Below, piece after piece: positions 60,705 through 64,000 of a stretch of 64,000 nucleotides of DNA; position 1 is the stretch's first letter; every line of letters begins with the position of its first letter. The translations under genes and the position numbers were made by a program. Below the pieces are notes generated by a model. The model was not told the DNA's origin and did no database searches. It was given only the letters and a program-made list of their open reading frames with translations. This DNA comes from an uncultured bacterium (GTDB lineage: Bacteria > Actinomycetota > Thermoleophilia > Solirubrobacterales > 70-9), in NCBI GenBank assembly GCA_965652565.1, contig CBFGWL010000003.1, positions 22,457-86,456 of the forward strand. The letters run 5' to 3'.

Positions 60705-62177
60705 GTGACGTTGGGACGGGTCACTGCAGCCGGCGCCCTGGGGGGCTTGTGTGCATTCCTGGTCGCGCTCGTCTGCGCCGCCCCAGCCTCGGCGCTCGTC
60801 TACTGGACGGTGACCGGCTTTGCGCAGACCGGGACGTCGGTCGGGCGCGCCAACCTGGACGGATCGAATCCCGACAACGGCTTCCTGGCGAGCCCGGACA
60901 AGCCCTGCGGGATCGCGGTCGATGACGAGTATCTGTACTGGACGCATCGCGGCACGACGCCTGGCAGCGGCGGCATCGCCCGCGCCCGCCTCGACGGCAC
61001 CGAGGTGGATCTGCAGTTCATCACCACCCGCCACTCCCCGTGCGGGGTCGCCGTCAACGACACGCACATCTACTGGGCCGACTGGGAGAACGGCGCCCTC
61101 AACGGCGGAAACAAGATCGGGCGCGCCAACCTCGACGGCTCGAATCCCGACTCCGACTTCATCACCGCCGGCCAGGGCGTCTGCGGCCTCGACGTCGACG
61201 ACGAATACGTGTACTGGGCACGCCAAAGCAGGCTCGGAGCCATCGGCCGGGCGAAGCTCGACGGAACGCAGGTGGATCAGAGCTTCATCCCCGCCGCCAC
61301 CTTTGCCTGCGACGTGGCGGTCAACTCGACCCACCTCTACTGGGGACACGTAAGCGAGTACGCGGGGGACGGCAGCGTGGGGCGCGCCAACATCAACGGC
61401 AGCGGCGCCAACGTCGACTTCATCCCGAACAGCGCCGGCGTCCAGAGCCCGTGCGGAATCGCCGTCGACGACGAGTACGTGTACTGGGGCAACGCGGCGC
61501 CGGTCCATGGCGAGTCTTTCGTCGGCCGCGCCAAGCTCAACGGCACCGAGGTCGACCCGACCTTCATCGCGACCCCGCTGGCCCCCTGCGGCGTGGCGGT
61601 CACCCCGCACGCCGTACCGCCGCCGAGCTGCAGCGACCTCGACCTCCAAGCGCAGGCTGGCGAGCGCCTCGCGATCCGGCTCGACTGCACCGCGGAGAAC
61701 GCGTTCACCTACGAGCTGGCCGACCCGCCGGGCCACGGCGAGCTCACCGGCTTCGACCCCGAGGCGGGGACGGTGCGCTACACGCCCGAAGCCGGCTTCA
61801 CGGGGAAGGACAGCTTCACCTACCGCGCCACCAACGCCGGCGGTCCCTCGGCGCCTGCCACGGTCTCGCTCGTCGTCCGCCTCTCCAACAACTTCAAGAT
61901 CGCGCGGGTCAAGCGCAACCGCAAGCGGGGCACCGCGGCGGTGCGGGTAAAGCTCCCGGGCGCCGGCAAGCTGCGGGTCCGGGGAGCCGGCGTGAAGCGC
62001 GCGTCGAAGGCGGTCAGCGGACCGCGGACCTTGAACCTCCGAGTGCGGGCCGCCGGCAAGAAGGCGAAGCGGCTTCGCCGCAAGGGCAAGGTCGTGGTCA
62101 AGGCGCAGCTCACCTATCGACCGGTCGGCGGGGCGCCGCGCACGAAGACCAAGAAGATCCGGCTGGTCAAGCGCTAA
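60705..62177 (+). CDS. secreted six-bladed YWTD/LDL-receptor-class-B-like beta-propeller protein with an Ig-like domain and a K/R-rich C-terminal domain
   Basis: Signal peptide. Six repeats of about 44 aa of the form (I/V)GRA(N/K)LDG(S/T)..(D/Q)FI...PCG(I/V)AVDD.Y(L/V)YW. Then DSFTYRATNAGGPS (cadherin/Ig-like), and a basic tail ...KAKRLRRKGKVVVKAQLTY...KTKKIRLVKR. Confidence 0.7.
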   Translation: MTLGRVTAAGALGGLCAFLVALVCAAPASALVYWTVTGFAQTGTSVGRANLDGSNPDNGFLASPDKPCGIAVDDEYLYWTHRGTTPGSGGIARARLDGTEVDLQFITTRHSPCGVAVNDTHIYWADWENGALNGGNKIGRANLDGSNPDSDFITAGQGVCGLDVDDEYVYWARQSRLGAIGRAKLDGTQVDQSFIPAATFACDVAVNSTHLYWGHVSEYAGDGSVGRANINGSGANVDFIPNSAGVQSPCGIAVDDEYVYWGNAAPVHGESFVGRAKLNGTEVDPTFIATPLAPCGVAVTPHAVPPPSCSDLDLQAQAGERLAIRLDCTAENAFTYELADPPGHGELTGFDPEAGTVRYTPEAGFTGKDSFTYRATNAGGPSAPATVSLVVRLSNNFKIARVKRNRKRGTAAVRVKLPGAGKLRVRGAGVKRASKAVSGPRTLNLRVRAAGKKAKRLRRKGKVVVKAQLTYRPVGGAPRTKTKKIRLVKR

Positions 62178-62214
62178 AGCGGCCAGTCGCCGGTCGCCGG
62201 TTTCCAGGACCCGG

Positions 62215-62238
62215 CTCAGCTGACAGCCGGCAGCTGAG
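62215..62238. terminator. hairpin between convergent propeller and protease genes
   Basis: Perfect 8-bp stem CTCAGCTG / CAGCTGAG with an 8-nt loop. Confidence 0.4.
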
Positions 62239-62282
62239 GCCGGCGGCGCTTACGGAATCCCGCGCTTCACCGCGCGTGCAGC

Positions 62283-64000
62283 TCAGCGGCGCTTCTTGCG
62301 CTTGCGCTTCAGCTTGACGGTGAACTTGTGCCGGCTGACCGGGCCGGCTGCCAAGCCGCGCGTCGCGCGGACACGCAAGGTGTGCTTGCCCTTGCCGACC
62401 TTGAAGTTGGCCTTGCGCTTGCAGCTGCGCCAGCGCTTCTTGTCGAGCTTGCACTGCAGGCCGGCCTGGGCGCGCGGCTCGAACCGGTAGGTCACCTTGA
62501 CCTTGCGTTTGCGCGTGGTGATGCGCTTGCGCGGCTTCTTGGTGATCCGGGTCGTGAGCGCCGCGCGATCGAGCTCGCGCAGGGCACCGTGGGCGTTCAG
62601 GCGGCCGCCGGTGGCGACCTTGCCGTTCAGGGAGCCGAGCTTGTCGACTCCGTCGAGGATCGCCGTGCGCAGCTCGGCGACGCTCGCGTCGGGCAGCCAG
62701 GAGCGCAGCAGGGCGGCGACGCCCGCGACGTGTGGGGTGGCCATCGAGGTGCCGGAGAGGGCCGTCAGCGCATCGACGCGGCAATCGACCCGCACGTTGT
62801 CGAACCAGACGCCGTCGTCGACGACGTCGTCGGGATCCGCGATCAGAGCGAAGTAGACGTCGAGCACGCCGTCCAGGTTGTCGGTCGGCGGGGTGCCCGG
62901 CATCACGAGCGGCAAGGAGGCCGTTCCCCAAAACGGCTCGCTGTCCGCGTAGAGAAAGGCCCCCAGCCCAACCACGTCGCCGCCGCCCGGGGGATAGAGG
63001 CCGATGCCGACCGCCGCCGCGTCGCCGTCCGACCCCAGCCCGGACGGGGCCTCCAGGGGGTCGTCACTCGTGTCGACGTGGAAGTCGAACCACAGCCGGC
63101 ACCCGTGCTGTGGTTCCTCCAGGTCGACCAACGGCGGGAGCGCGAAGGAGGAGGCCCCCGGCTCGTAGTCCGCGCCGGGCGAGTCGGCGAGCACGTACTC
63201 AGGCTCCTCACCCTCGTTCTCGGGCTCGAGCTCCTGCTGCCCCCACGTGGTCGCCGGCGCGCCGGGGGTCGCCAAGGTGGCCCACAACGGCTCGGTGGCA
63301 AACACGTCGCGCTCGAAGTCCTCTTCCTCAAGGAAGTCCCAGCGCGGGTACGAGCTCCAGATCAGCCCGCCCGGCGCCGCGAGATCCACCGACGCGGCGC
63401 CGTAGTTCGAAAACCCGGTGAGCTTGTCGTGGTGGTCGGTAGCCGCGACGCAGATCAGGTTGCGCTGCGCGATGTTGCAGGGCAGGTTGGGGACCGCGTC
63501 GTTGTCCTCCCCCTCGTTGCCCGCCGCCACCACGAACAGCGTCTCGGGATGCTCCGCCACCGCCGCGGCTACCGCGCTCGAGTTGACGTCCCCCGCGACG
63601 GGCCCGCCCAGCGAGGCGTTGACGACGTCCGCGCCCTTGTTGCCCGCGTAGGTGAACGCCTCGGCGATCTCGGCCGTGGTGCCGCGCCCGAACGTGTCGA
63701 GGACGCGCAGCGGCATGATCTGCGCCTTCCAGGCCACGCCGACCACGTTGTCGTCGTTCGCCGTCGCCGCGATCGTGCCCGCGACGTGCGTGCCGTGGCC
63801 GTTGGGATCGTCCGGCGTGGCGTCGTCGAAGACGAAGTCCCAGCCCGCGACGTCGTCGACCAGGCCGTTGTCGTCGTCGTCGAGGCCGTTGCCCGGGATC
63901 TCGTCGGGGTTCTGCCAGGCGTTGCCGGAGAGGTCCGGGTGGTCGAGCTCGACGCCCGAGTCGACGACGGCGACCACGACGTCCTCGCTGCCGGTCGTGT
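62283..64000 (-). CDS. secreted subtilisin-like S8 serine protease, N-terminus beyond the window edge
   Basis: Catalytic triad contexts VAVVDSGV, HGTHVAGTIAA and SGTSMATPHVAGVAALL. The frame is still open at 64000. A K/R-rich Ig-like C-terminal domain is present. Confidence 0.88.
   Translation of the reverse strand, partial: TTGSEDVVVAVVDSGVELDHPDLSGNAWQNPDEIPGNGLDDDDNGLVDDVAGWDFVFDDATPDDPNGHGTHVAGTIAATANDDNVVGVAWKAQIMPLRVLDTFGRGTTAEIAEAFTYAGNKGADVVNASLGGPVAGDVNSSAVAAAVAEHPETLFVVAAGNEGEDNDAVPNLPCNIAQRNLICVAATDHHDKLTGFSNYGAASVDLAAPGGLIWSSYPRWDFLEEEDFERDVFATEPLWATLATPGAPATTWGQQELEPENEGEEPEYVLADSPGADYEPGASSFALPPLVDLEEPQHGCRLWFDFHVDTSDDPLEAPSGLGSDGDAAAVGIGLYPPGGGDVVGLGAFLYADSEPFWGTASLPLVMPGTPPTDNLDGVLDVYFALIADPDDVVDDGVWFDNVRVDCRVDALTALSGTSMATPHVAGVAALLRSWLPDASVAELRTAILDGVDKLGSLNGKVATGGRLNAHGALRELDRAALTTRITKKPRKRITTRKRKVKVTYRFEPRAQAGLQCKLDKKRWRSCKRKANFKVGKGKHTLRVRATRGLAAGPVSRHKFTVKLKRKRKKRR

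Overview
Very GC-rich bacterial chromosomal segment (about 70 % by eye, not computed). It has actinobacterial hallmarks: a dnaK-grpE-dnaJ-hspR operon, a HAIR-like operator at clpB, many GTG/TTG starts, 4-nt stop/start overlaps and leaderless-looking promoters. The secreted-protein repertoire looks Thermoleophilia/Rubrobacteria-like, but lineage cannot be proven from sequence alone. Backbone genes are: the heat-shock regulon (dnaK, grpE, dnaJ, hspR, clpB); a dispersed but colinear purine pathway (purD-E-B, purC, purS-Q, purL, purF, purN-H); recQ; tRNA-Lys; a sulfate ABC importer (cysP-T-W-A) beside a Cys-less Rrf2 regulator; a TPP-riboswitch-controlled thiO-S-G with divergent thiE; and lpd. The unusual part is the accessory cargo threaded between these housekeeping genes. 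I count ten PAPS-type sulfotransferase-like genes (seven of them close paralogs), three paralogous GT1 and three paralogous GT2-like glycosyltransferases, and an NAD-dependent sugar epimerase/dehydratase. Most are same-strand and translationally coupled to pur genes. I read this as an undescribed pathway for a heavily sulfated glycoconjugate, but no product can be named from sequence. Other accessory content: secreted RTX-like, beta-helix (CSLREA-type), BNR, clan GH-A, YWTD-propeller and S8 protease proteins; a mini LPXTG protein; an orphan csoR; and a low-GC 60-bp-period repeat. No transposase, integrase, CRISPR array or rRNA was seen. Many long antisense ORFs in the track are GC-driven shadow ORFs.
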